Positions 25,060 to 37,702 of a stretch of 64,000 bases of DNA are shown here, piece after piece (the first letter of the stretch is position 1; every line of letters starts with the position of its first letter). Origin of the DNA: Podarcis liolepis (taxonomy: Eukaryota); the NCBI GenBank assembly GCA_965112155.1, contig OZ218104.1; one strand, 5' to 3'. The notes below the pieces were generated by a model that did no database searches, was not told the origin of the DNA, and worked only from the letters and a program-made list of their open reading frames with translations. Both the position numbers and the translations under genes were made by a program.

Positions 25060-28000
25060 ATTTATTATTTATACCCCGCCCATGGGCACTTCCAGCAAAA
25101 CATGAAAATGCATCCAATATTAAAAGCTTCCATAAACAGGGCTGCCTTCAGATGTCTTCTAAAAGTCAGACAGTTGTTTATTTCTTTGGCATCTGATGGG
25201 AGGGCATTCCATAGGGCGGGTGCCACTACTGAGACTACCAAGTTTACAAAGAAACAGTAAATTTCTATATATTAAATTCAGTGGATGTTACAGGCTTCTA
25301 ATCAAGATGGTATATCTACGGCTTCCCCTCCCCTTCAATTTCTTAAACGATTTACTGAAGTGTTACAGCTTAAGTCTTAAAGGTTAGGTTCTGAAACAAG
25401 GTGGTACTTTCTGTCATTTTCCCAGCCTCCTATAAATCTCACTCCTGAGGCTCCTCTTTTGTATACCAGACCAGAGGATCACCACTACACCCCTCCAAGC
25501 TGGTTTTGGGATTACTCTTCTCTCACCAGAAGATCTGTTCCCTTCTTACTGAATTGAGACCCAAGCAGAGTGTTCCTTCACAACTCCACTTCTCCTGTCT
25601 CAAATCCAGCTACCCAGTTCTCACTTGTCTGCAGTGCTTTTCTTCTAGAAAAAAAGGTTGCAGGTAAACAACATGAAGTTGTTACCGTAAATGCCACACT
25701 TTTAACCTGTGCTTTTCTTCTATAAAAAGTTGTGGGTACTGCGTACCCTTGAGTACCACCAGTAGAAAAGCAGGAATTGTCTGTATACTCTCAAAAGACA
25801 CTAATCACTGTCTTTCGATCCAAACTTATTTCTCTGGTTGTAGATCTTTTCCTCAGGATGGATGTTACACACAAAGCTCAGAGACTATCCTCTTATCCAG
25901 CTGAACACCAGAAACCCCAGTCTCCACTCCTTTCCTTTTTCTCTCGCAAAGTGCTGTCTCCAATCCTCTCTGGCTAGCTGTACCCGCAGACAATCAGAGT
26001 GAGTCTCCAGCCCAGTACTCTGCGAGCCACACCACTCTGGGGAAATTCAACTGCCCCACCAGACCTCTGGTCTACCTGAGCTTTCCGTCATAACAGCCTA
26101 TGAGAGGAAAACGGAGAAATATTCTTGATAGCTCTTCTACTTATGCATTGATAAGGCTGGTCTGATAGACATTACATACGTCCAAAATGTTTCTCACAAA
26201 GTCTGCCACCAAAGGATCCTAGGGCTAACCTATATTGGACCTCAAAATTTGATGTTCAGTTACAGGTGCTGTTGTTTTTCCAGGGGAATCAAATTCATGG
26301 GAGATAAATCTATGAGTGTCATTGCAGCTTTGGAAAGACAATAGATGAGTGACTTGTACTGTGCAAAATAAATGAATGTCTTGCACGGTGAGGGAAAAAA
26401 AAAAAGACAAACATGGATAAGTCAAGAGAGAGCACACATCCTCCTATTGATTAGTACCTGGTTAAGGGGAACCAGAGACTAAGGATATATTGATAGTTCC
26501 CGCAACTAAAGGGTGGAGGAAGTGGGGATGTTGGAAATTTCTGCTGTGAGCAAATATACAATTTACTCAGGTCTCCAGGAACAGAATGCATTGAAGAAAA
26601 GCAATCTGCATTTGTTTACAGTTTGTTTGTTTGTTTGTTTGTTTTTAAGCACGCTTTGCTTTTCCTAAGGACGTTATAATGAAGCTTAAAAGAGGTTTAG
26701 AACACTATAGGGAAATTCTAAAGTGACAAGCCTTTAGCTGCTTCATTTTGCTTGGAAAGAGGGAAGTGAATAATACAAGGTATCTGAATGGCTGAGAGAG
26801 GGGCTGCCATTGTGTGAGATTCTTAATAATGGAAAGCCTTATAGTGCTGAATTGGTTAGGAAAGTAAAAGGAGTGGATGGAATAGAAGTTTAAAACACCC
26901 ACCCATAGCAAGGAAGCAAATTCCAGAAGCACAAAAAAACTTTTAAAGGCAGCACAGACCTTATTGTTTTGCAATTGTCTATATGTGTCAGGTCACATGC
27001 TGATAGTTTCTAGGAGCCACAGGTGAGAGTTTAGTGCAGGGTGGTGAGCAAAGGTGGACAAACTAGTCCAGAAGGAGTATGACATGTCCCCCCCCCATAG
27101 GTACTACTCATAACATCCCATACATGAATCACATACCAATTTATTTCCCATGTCTGTCTGTAACCACCCAGGATGCAATGTAATGCACAGGATGTTGTCT
27201 TTGGCATATCCCAGGGACTGGCACCGGGTGAGCATGTTCAGAGCAGCCTAGGAGAGAGACATACCAGAAGCAGGTAGAAATTCAATTCTGTTTATATTTT
27301 GATGAGAAGCTACTCAAACCAATACACAAACTGAAATACAACAATCTCTGTTCGAAATTTACACTTCTCTAAATTTTGTGGCTCTGTTCTTGAACCAATG
27401 TGTACAAAAAGCATATAGCATACATAGAAAAGTGCACATAAAATTCTTATATTTGTAAAAATAACATACAAACGTGTATCAGTGAAAACTGCATCAAGAA
27501 TGTGTCTATTAAGAGAAATTCGGAGTTATATTTTCAAGAGGATTTTTAATACAAAAAATCACATTACAGCTGAAAGGAAGATGATTGAATTTAAGGATGG
27601 GAAAATGAGAGGCTACGAGAAACCAGAAATTAGTAACATATGTCCATTCCTAATGATGTATACTTTTTTAAAAAATTGTAAATTATCTATACTCTTTTTC
27701 AAATACAACTATTTAATTATGTCAGTTTGTCTTAAAAGTATGCTATCAGTATCTTAAATAAATGTTATATATTTATTTTTCAATCTATTATTTTATGTAA
27801 TGTGCTTAGAGATTTTTTTAAAATCTATCAATCTATATTCTGTTAAATTAAATAAATAGGCCAGCATGCACTAACTCTAACCAGATGAAAGTTTCTGAAC
27901 GTTACTAACAAAAATGGGTACAGTCAAGATAGGATGGATTTTCTAAGAACCTTTTCAGCACCCTAAGGTGAAATTAACTGAGAGCTACTTTCAAACTTTG

Positions 28001-31000
28001 GATTGCAGAGCCAACCACTGTTACCTCCATACCTTGCTACAACGGTAACCAATGATTTGGCCTTCATTCCATACAAGGACATTTTTAATAGAACCGGCTT
28101 CACTGGATACATTGATAATGGCAGCTTTGCTGCAGCTCATCCCTTTCTGGGAGCTTTCCTGAGATGCCTTCTTCAGCAAGGGCAGGAATGCCTGGAGAAG
28201 GGAAGGGCAGAATGAATGTTGATTATTATTAATTTCCCATTCATCTAAAGGCAATTGACAAACATACCAGAAAAACAGATAAAAATGGTTTTCAAACAGT
28301 CGCCCCTCCAACTAGCAAAAGACAGGTTTAAAACCAATAAAAAATGTATACTTAAGAAAGAGACTTCTGTTGTGATATTCAATTATTGACTCATGCCTGT
28401 ATGCATGAAAGGGTTATCCTTAGCCCTGAGCACAAGTTGCCAGTGGGTGTGGCTCCAGCAGCCTTGTTTCCCTCCCTTTCTCTCTCTCCTGCTTCCTGGA
28501 ACAAAGAGGCATGTGGCTATGGCTCCTAGGTGCAAGAAAAATAAAGTGGATTCAATTAGCCCTCATCCAGTTTATCTCTACATCCAGACCCCAGTCTAGG
28601 ACCTGCTCCACCATTCCTGATTCTGAAGTTACAGACAAATAGAGCTGAACCTTGTGCGAGATCTCCATATGGCCACACCCAAAGGTTTCATATGGATGTT
28701 AAATAACTCTGGAGACATGTAGTGTCCTGCAGCACTCCATAGCTCAAGAATAATGAGATAAGACTGCAACTACTGCAGAATAGTGCTGCTGGTACCAATC
28801 TCCCATAGACCATCTATGGTCATGAGAGATCAAGCAGGAGCAGCAGGGTTGCACTCTCTCTGACCCTCTACTGATAACCAAGGCTAATCCAGTCGCAAAT
28901 CAAGTTCTGAACTTGGATTGGACTAGGTCTAGATAATTATATCAGTGAGAAGGTCAGTGTATCTCCTCTCCAGTTCAACGTTCTCACTGTGAGGACAAAC
29001 ATAAGCCCAGGAGTTACATGCAGTGGCATGCCAAAGTTCTCTTGCAGCTCACCCAGACAGAAGCTGTTCATCAGGCGCAACCTTCTCTCATAACTTTACT
29101 TCCATAACTGCAAATACCACATCTGTTAAATTTTGGTGTGGCATGCAGCTATAAAAAGTTCCTGCTGTTCATATGTTCTCAATGCAAAAGGCACACGGAC
29201 CCATCACCCCAAAAGCCAGAAAGCAATGGCATCATGACCTTCCAAAGTCAAGGGCTCTGCAACAAAAAGTTTATGTAACAAAGAGACAAAGAGTCTTACC
29301 TGAGTCACCAACATGCTACCAATCACATTGGTTTTGTATACCTCAGCCATACTGTCTGGTGTCTCTGTTTCCAGAGTGCTTAGCTTTAAAATCCCAGCAT
29401 TGTTTATCAGAAGATTTAGCCCAGCTCCCTTCAACCACTCTGTGATTCGGGTTGCAGCAGCCTTTACACTAGATGGCTCGGAAGTATCTACAGTAGCAAT
29501 AATATTTTAAAGGAAATGAAAGTGAATGAAGATCTAACCCTGCAGACCTCACCAGCACTGCTATTGCTCTGTACCTGCAGTCTTCTTGCTCTGGAAATCC
29601 AGAGGACTATGGATCAATTTACTTGGCACATTTTTATTCATACATGCCATATATATTATGTATAACGGATAAAATGGATGTAATGGACAAGCACATGTTT
29701 GCCAGAACTGTACAGGTGTCCCACAGAGAAGGCAGCAAGGTGTCATGAGCTCTGCAGCACCTTGGGTTTGAGCTTGGGACAGCAAGCCCTGACACAAGGG
29801 GAAGAAGAAAAATTGGAGGGGCTGAATTGTGGGATCCTGGGTTAGAGGACGGGAGATTTCCCCTTTCCACCCCAGTCTCAGCGGCTTCAGAAGGGGAAGC
29901 AGGGGTGCTGGCTCTCCCTTGCTTCCCAGTTGAGGCTGGGGAGGGTTGTGAGCCACCAAAGACAGAGGAAGCAGCAGTTGAACTGGAGCATGCAGTCTTG
30001 TTGCCTAGAACCAGGTGCCACCTTTGTAGACAGGAGCATACTCGCCCAGCCCAATAAAACACATGGTTGCAAACCCAACATTCCATCAAGGCAAGCAAGT
30101 GCCATGAGTAAATGCACCACACTTAGTCTTTAAAAGCTTGGTAGGTGGGGCATGGAAACTTGTTGGGACATCTTCATTACTTCCGTCCAATTCTGAATTT
30201 ATTTTGTTGTTCCTGAACTTCTGAATCATTACTCCTGAGTAATTTTTCTGCTGTTGAGCCTGCACCATTATATGTCTGAATAAAGGTATTTCTTACTTTT
30301 AAGTAACAACTTCTGTCTGCATGTGTTGGACAGAAATAGTACCACAGATAGCTCTAGGTGACCTACTTGCTCAGATGAAGGTTAGGACCAGACTGAAACC
30401 TTTTAAATCTTGACCTCCAGACTACCTTTTCTAGCCCATTCCACCCCATTGTGAACAACTTCAGAGCCTTAAAGGGCAATCCTTCTGACCTGAAGATGGA
30501 CACTTCTCTGGTGTTCCACAGCCTCCTAGTGCACTGCTGGACCAGCAAAGTGTGGTGGGAGGCATTTGGCTCCTCGGGCTCAGGGAAAGACACTCATAAG
30601 TGCCCTGGCTTTAGGCACAATGCTCCCCTGGTCCCCAACAAGCTCCTCAGAGACTTGAACTTTGTCCAGTTCCTTAGCTGATATCTTTGCAGCCTCCCAA
30701 CCTGTGTCTGGCTTACTACTAGATTCAGGGGTCATGGCATTAGCAGTGTTTTTATAGGCGTTGCTATACTTGTGAAAGTGAAAAAGGTCTCTTTTCTATT
30801 GTTATTCACTTTTAACTGACACACAACATTCCACAACTACAGTCCTCACTGGGTGATTGGGCTTTCCCCTTTTTTATATAATTAAAAAATATATTTGTTG
30901 TTCTGAGAAACTCTCAGTGTTGGATTGAGAATGCTCAAGGCCAGGCTTTGACTATACAGTTGCCAGTACACACTGCCTGTGTTTGTTCTATTACAGTGCC

Positions 31001-34000
31001 TATTTACTCACTATGCATGCCAATTGCTGCAACATACTGAATTTATACCAAATAGAGGAACATATTCTCTCTCTCTTTTTATCTACCTGGCAGAATATTA
31101 GCTTTTTTGCTTTGGTCCTGGATCCAACACTTATATTCTAAAGTAGTTTTGAGAAGGCATTTACTGTGGCATTAGAACTCCTCATACAGCATTTTTTTCT
31201 GCAGTTTCTACATGACATTGTTGGTATCAGAATGCCAGTCTGTATCTCCCCCCTCCCCCTGCTACTACCTGATTTAGTTTAGATTTTCCCCTTTCTGTGG
31301 AAAATCCAAATGGTTAAGCAAACAAACACAACCAACCATACTTATTTCAGCCAACAACCTGTTTGTGACATCTAAATGACTGATTTGAAGTATTGAGCCC
31401 CCATCTGGAAGCTCCCTAAGTGAGCACTGGAGAAACAATGCACATGGAACCTGCAAAATACCTTGAATGAGATGGCCTTGAATTCTAGCTATTGTAGACA
31501 GTAATTTAGGATGAGGGAATTTAAGGTGGGGTGGGTGGAGAGAGCAGGCACTTACCCAATGCAAGAATCTCTACTCCCTGGTGCTTAGCAGCCAAATTCT
31601 TCAATTCCTGAAATATTAAAAAAAGGAGAGAGAGAATAGAACTTCACGTCCTGCATACGGGATTATTTGAGACAGGATAGGAAGAGGAGAGTGATTTCCC
31701 ACTAGGCATTCACGTTGTTACCGTGTTTCTTCCTTCTGTGTGACAGCAAAGAACAGATATTTGGGACTCAAACTCTAAGTCACGATAAACCACAGGAGCA
31801 ACTGGAGCAGTAAGAGTAATCCAATAAATGGTTGATTGCCATATCAGATTTATTTATTTGTCCCCAGTCATTAGATCATTAGAAAACAAAGATTAACGGT
31901 AAGGCAAGGTAGCAGAAATAGAAATAGTGAACTTGGAAGCAAATCAACTACAAAATAAACACACTTAGAATGCTGAATTTCCTGGACAAATCACAACATG
32001 CCCCTATAAAAAAGTTTCTCCTCTTTACAAACAGTGAAAGGAAATATAAAAATGAATGAAATAGTATGAATTTATGCAGATCTGAACAGAATTATGTATA
32101 ACCAGAATGAAAAAAGCCTAAAACTAACTTAGAATTCTGAATCTCCCTCACACAACTTTTCTTAAGAAATAATTTTCTTCTGTCATCAATTATTGCAGAT
32201 AGAAAATACAATTTTCACAGTTGCATGTTGATCCTTGGGTGAAGGACAGTATAGAAATTTCATGTTTGGTAACAGTTACCAACTGTCGGTGAAAGAGTGC
32301 GCCTTTGAGGATGAAGTCAGACCCTTGGAGAGTTACAGCGCCTGCTGTGGCTGTAGAGTCCAATATGGGAGAGACATGTTTTGTTGCAGCAGGGGCAAAT
32401 GAAGGCATCCTGTTTTGCTGATGCAGGTGTACCATGAATGTTTCTTCTTTCTGCATTCCTCTCAGCAGCCATTCTTCCTCTGGTCACTGCAGTAGCTATA
32501 CAACCTGACTGTCTCCAAGGGATTCTCACACAGCATGGGTTAATGTTGCCAGCCTCCATGTCATGCAGAAGTTGATCTGCCAACAGGCCAATGGGCTTCA
32601 TATTTTTTAAAGCAATATTTTTCACCTATACCAATGCTAACAATTTGCAACACTCCCTAAGTGCACCAGTGCAGTAGTTATGGAATTCATGTCTGCATGA
32701 TATATGGATCATTTACTGTATTTTTCGCTCCATGACACACTTTTTTATTCCTAAAAAGTAAGGGGAAATGTCTGTGTGTCTTATGGAGTGAATGTGTGGT
32801 CCCTGGAGCCGAATTAACCAGGGGCAAAAAGAAGATCATTCTTTTTTTTTGCTTTTTTTTTTTGGAAAGGGGAAGTGGGTGTTGAAACAAAGCCGCTGAA
32901 CGTTTGCCGATCGGGGAGAGAGATAAGGGATGCTAGAGATAAAGGAGGCTGCTTGGGAGAGGGGAGGTAAAGATAGCAAACTTGCAAAGGGGGAAAACAG
33001 GAAGACTAAAGCAATAAGGAGAGAAATTAGAAGAAAGGGAGGAGCAAAAAACTGCTCCAGCTAAGGAAAAGACACTAAGGCAAACAAGAGGGAAGGGAGA
33101 GTTGAAAGGAAACAGTTGATCAGTGGGATTGGAAGAGAGATAAGGGACGCTAGCGGAGGCTGCCTGGGAGGGGGGAGGTAAAAGCCCATGGATCCTCAGG
33201 ATTTTTACATTGGGTCACCCCAAATTCACCATCAGATCACATAGCATGTCCATGGCTACAGCCTGCACCAAAAAAATCATGCACCCACTGTTGCGTGGGG
33301 CCACAATGGCGCAAAAACGTGGTTAAAAAGCATGGATCCACATGGATCCTCAGGATTTTTGCATTGGGTCACCCCAAATTCACCATCAGATCACATGTCT
33401 GTGGCCACAGCATGAACCACAAAAATCATACATCCACTGTTTCATTCAGAAGATTTTTTTCTTATTTCCCTCCTCTAAAAACTAGGTGCGTCTTATGGTC
33501 AGGTGCGTCTTATGGAGCGGAAAAATACGGTAATGATCTTAAGTTTTTCTTGTCACAAACAGCAAGCACTCAGTCATTTGACAGAGCAGCATTGTTGTCT
33601 TTCCCCATTTAATTGGTCAACTTTCTTGTTTTCCTTGTGCTACTTATATACAAACTTATATTTAAAAAATTGTTTAGCAATCTCCAAACTCAAACTTTTT
33701 GCATGCAGTTCTGAGAAACCAGATTTCACCACTAGAGATAAAACAAGCCTCCCCCAAAAGAACCACAAGTCTTAACCCAATATAATTTGTGGCTTCTATC
33801 CTCTAGCAGTTAGGCATAGAGGAAGGACAGAGCGGTCACTTGCCTGCTTGCAATTCCTTCTTGCCTTTGGCTACCAAGCATGTGTTTATATATGACTGAG
33901 TAACCCCGATGAAAAACAATGTTATTCTCTAATATATGAACAGAGAAAGAGCTTCCATGTAAGAGGATCCAAGTAGGATTTTCAGAAAAGATCGCAAGGA

Positions 34001-34976
34001 ACACTTGCTTCTGGTTGCATGCAGTTTTGTTTCTCCACCAAAAAATCAATTCCAAGCCACTTCTTTCTCTAAATTAAAAGAACAAACTATTCCAACCAAG
34101 AGATTAAAAATAAACTTGTTTGCTTTGAGCCATGCAACAGGAGAGTACAAAACTACATATTTGCAATCATTTCTCAGTTCTGCATTTCTATGTTGCAATG
34201 CTACACTGCTGTTTACAGCAAAAGAGGAGTTTGTGGCTTCTTGTGAAGTCCCTAGGAAGGACTGCCTAGCAGGGAGCCAGAGAAAGAGGGCTTCTTGCTT
34301 AGCTGGGGAGGGGAACTCCCCAGATGAAAAACAGAGTGTTATACTTTAATATATGGACTCACAAATCAGTTTCCTGGCACTCTTGTTTCAATACAAATTA
34401 TTATGTTTAGTGATATTCTAATCCTAAACACTTTGACTCAGAAAAAATAATCACTCTGCTCAATGTAATTGACTCCTTAGTAATCTTCATCCCATGGTAT
34501 GTATTTCAGAAGCTTTGGATCTGAGTTATTCTTGTTATCTCCAACACCCATCAGGATATTTACTTCTCTGTTTAAATGCTCTTCAGGTGGGAGTAATTAA
34601 CTTCTTTCCAGCTTTTCATTCCTAGCTTTGCAAGGAAAAATTTCAGCAAAGGCACGCCAAAAGGGGTAAACAATCTGTGCTTGAGCCGACATGCAAACTA
34701 TCTCCAAGCCACTTAACCTACCCCAGCAATGTGGAACTTAAAGAGCCTTGTGAGGCACCTCTACTGACCAGGGCACAATCTCCTTGGCATCAAAGGGAAA
34801 CCCACCCTAAGTTCCACCCTGGAGCTCACCTGGGCACGTGGTCCCTCTGGGTCCCGGCAGGTGGCAAAGATCCATTCTGGCCGTTTGCTTTTCCCAACTA
34901 GCTGTTTGACCAGCTCCAAGCCAATACCCCGATTGGACCCAGTCACGAGGACACTGCGTACATTCAGCACAGCCAT
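24791..34976 (-). CDS. C-factor/CsgA-like (sniffer-like) classical SDR oxidoreductase, paralog C, 6 coding exons, 258 aa, intact
   Basis: Exons (minus): 34830-34976, 31556-31607 (ELKNLAAKHQGVEILAL), 29300-29487 (NNAGILKLSTLETET...TNVIGSMLVTQ), 28033-28191 (NVSSEAGSIKNVLVWNEGQIIGYRCSK), 27137-27247 (LHPGWLQTDMGNKL), 24791-24910 (GQPPLTVDNSV...GTFVNLDGKVLPW*). GT-AG introns, frame preserved. Confidence 0.93.
25003..25233 (-). mobile_element. L2-type LINE 3' fragment with expanded (TAA)n tail
   Basis: (TAA)n at 25002-25057 followed by ttttataccccgcccat and the block shared with 6139-6425. Confidence 0.65.
32316..32600 (-). mobile_element. RTE-clade LINE 3' fragment
   Basis: Encodes FICPCCNKTCLSHIGLYSHSRRC, the RTE C-terminal zinc motif. 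Confidence 0.7.
32716..33530. mobile_element. Tc2/pogo-like non-autonomous element (family 2)
   Basis: TIRs ctgtatttttcgctccat / atggagcggaaaaatacgg, TA flanks; ends shared with 10197-11606. Confidence 0.8.
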
Positions 34977-35059
34977 CTCTCTTCCTAGCCTGTGCCAAAC
35001 TGACTAAGGTCTTTGCCAACCCAAACGCTAAATCTAGCCCTCAGCTTCTCCAACCAGGA

Positions 35060-35067
35060 TTATATAT
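35060..35067 (-). promoter_or_regulatory. Possible TATA box of paralog C
   Basis: ATATATAA on the minus strand about 85 nt upstream of the C start codon; supported by position only. Confidence 0.3.
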
Positions 35068-35334
35068 TTTTCTTGGCTCTGGTATTGGTCCGTCTTCTGC
35101 ATTTCGCAACAGTGCATTGTGTCACAGACTGGAATGAAGAGGAAGAGGAGGAATGGTGGAGACCGTCCCCATTTCTCCTGTAGCTGTAGGGAAGAGGGAA
35201 GCAGTATTGAATTACAGCAGAACTATGAGGGAGACAACAGTTCAGAGACAGGCAAGCAGCCAAGTTATGAGGTGTTAGGAAAAGGAGATGGGAGGCTGGG
35301 GCAGCCAGCAGACACTTCATTAGACAGCATAGAT

Positions 35335-35470
35335 CAGGCATGGCCAAACTTGGCCCACCAGATGCTTTGGGACTAGAATTACCATCACCCCTGACCACTT
35401 GTCCTGCTAGCTAGAGATGATGGGAGTTGCAGTCCCAAAACAGCTGGAGTTCCAAGTTTGGCCATGCGTG
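35335..35470. mobile_element. Palindromic hAT MITE
   Basis: CAGGCATGGCCAAACTTGG / CCAAGTTTGGCCATGCGTG; TSD gc(a/g)tagat. Confidence 0.8.
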
Positions 35471-37702
35471 GCGTAGATGATCCACCGTCTCCTAGAACTT
35501 GGTGTTCATTAATAGTGCAAGAGCAATGGACGCAGATGCATTTGACCACAGGTGGCCACCGTAGGGTCAGATGCTATTGGGAGAGAGGGAAGGGGGAGAA
35601 GCCAGAGTGAACAACTCTATCATTGAGGGATGTCTGGATTTTTTGTCTCTCACCATGAGGACTGAATAAATCATAAGTAAAACCTTTCATGTTTCTACCA
35701 GGGTAGTACCAGCAAACTGAGGTTGCACAGTGTTACAAAAATTAGAAGCATCAACTATCTGCTTCTGTATACCATTGCTTGCTGTATGTTTTTCTTAAGG
35801 TACATTTGCTGACGAGACATTGAGGGACAGGAAATGCCTTTGGGTAAAAGAACTGAAGGAGAGCAAGATCAGATAAGGGGCAGTTTTGAGGGAGCAGGAG
35901 AGACCCTGGTCTTGGTGGGGTATCTATGATGGAGTCCTCTCAGTCTGAGGCTGGCAGCGCTGCATCCTCAGGCGGGAGGGGCACTGGGTCCACAAGAAAG
36001 TTTGACCCACCCTCTATGCAAGAATGGCTTTTGAGACTATGTGACTCGTTTACTTGGTTGAATGATTAGAATAAAGGAAGGGTGATGAAATGATAATAGG
36101 CTTATGGGGAAATTGAGCCCTGCTTGCTTATCACTTATTCAAATGGTAGGGTAGTACAAGTTTATGCAACATATAAGGCAGTGATCTCCCAACTTTCCCC
36201 CTGTACTGGCCTCTTGAAAATTGCTGGGGGTCTTGGAGGACCACTTAATGATTATTCTGCCTGTTGTAGCAATTGTAATGCACTGTGTTAGCAGCTGTAT
36301 GGTTTTTAACTGTGCTCATACAGACACACCACAGGCCACCTGAATGAAGGTAATGGAGCACTCCTGGTCTGTGGACCACACTTTGGGAAGGAGAGGTGAA
36401 AAGAGCAGTGGTGGCTGATGTAGGTGTCTTTCCCTGCTTGATAAAGGGCATGCGTACAGCATTGGCACATTCTCAAAATCCCTTATGTGCCCACTGCTGA
36501 AGGAAGGAAGGAAGTCCTTTGGTGTTGGCTTCCTGGATGCCTTTGGACAGAGCAGAGGTTAATGTCTCCTGTTGTGCCCAGCTGCAGCTTTTTAGGGTTG
36601 GCATAGTAGTTCCACTACATTTTGAGATAGACATCCAAAATGCTTTAAAATATACACTATGAGTATATGAATCATGGCTACAGCTGCCAACTGAGTGTGG
36701 TGTGTTTCAAAGCCAGAACCTGACAGGTGCAAAGAAGCTGGAGAGATCAGGACTGAAGCTGGTTCGCAATTTTGAGCAAAGTTGTCAAGGTTTAATGTAA
36801 AGGATTACGGGCTGGTATCTCAATGCAAAAATGATATACGATCACATTGCATTGTATAAACTTCCTTTTGTTAGGTAGGAGATTGTTGGCTCATTGCTCA
36901 AAAGTGGTCACTGTTGTCTCATTGGAAGAGAAAATTGGAAGCTGGCATCTTTCCCACTCCACCTTCGCTGGGACGTTGTAAATTCAATCTGCGTGAGAAA
37001 ATAACCACTTGTTCATCGGTAAGTACTTTTTTAAAAAATGCAGTGAGACTCCAGTGATCTCTCTTCCAAAGAAAACCAAACCCATTGTCCCTCCCAATAT
37101 TATGATGGGTTGTATCATAGGGCTTTTTTTGCAGGGGGGGCGGTAAAAGTATTGTAATTTGAGTCCCCTGCCACACACATATGCCACAATCCCATCCTAT
37201 GCAAACCATCTCCTGAGTCATGAAAGAAAAGTTTCTATTTTAATTCTGAAATTTTATTTTCGACATTTCTGAAATTATACGATGACCCATGCTGGGGGGT
37301 TTCTCATGTTATGAGGCAATGGGCAAATACAAAGGCTACTGACTCTTCTATAATCTTTTGGTTGGTTCCAGTTTAAAGGCATTGTCCTTTCAGTGTTGTT
37401 ATTGTTGTTCAACATGGCTACAAACATTTTTTTCAATAGACCAATTAACAGGTTCGTTTTCTGGCCTTTTTCATTGAAAATCATGAATATTATTATTACT
37501 ACCCATGTAAATGTGGTGCACAACCTTTGTATGTGCTATGAATGAATGAATGAATGAATGAATTTATTAATACGGCCATAGACCAGCGTCAACACACACA
37601 ATATCACAGGTCATAAAAATATCAGAAATACAAAGGACAATATGAGTATAACAAGGATTTAAATATAAAAATTAAAATTAATTATTAGCGTGCTCCCTGT
37701 AG

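Noticed and set aside
24843-25061. Poly-Tyr ORF
   Set aside because: Translation of a (TAA)n microsatellite; the real coding exon here is C exon 6 in another frame.
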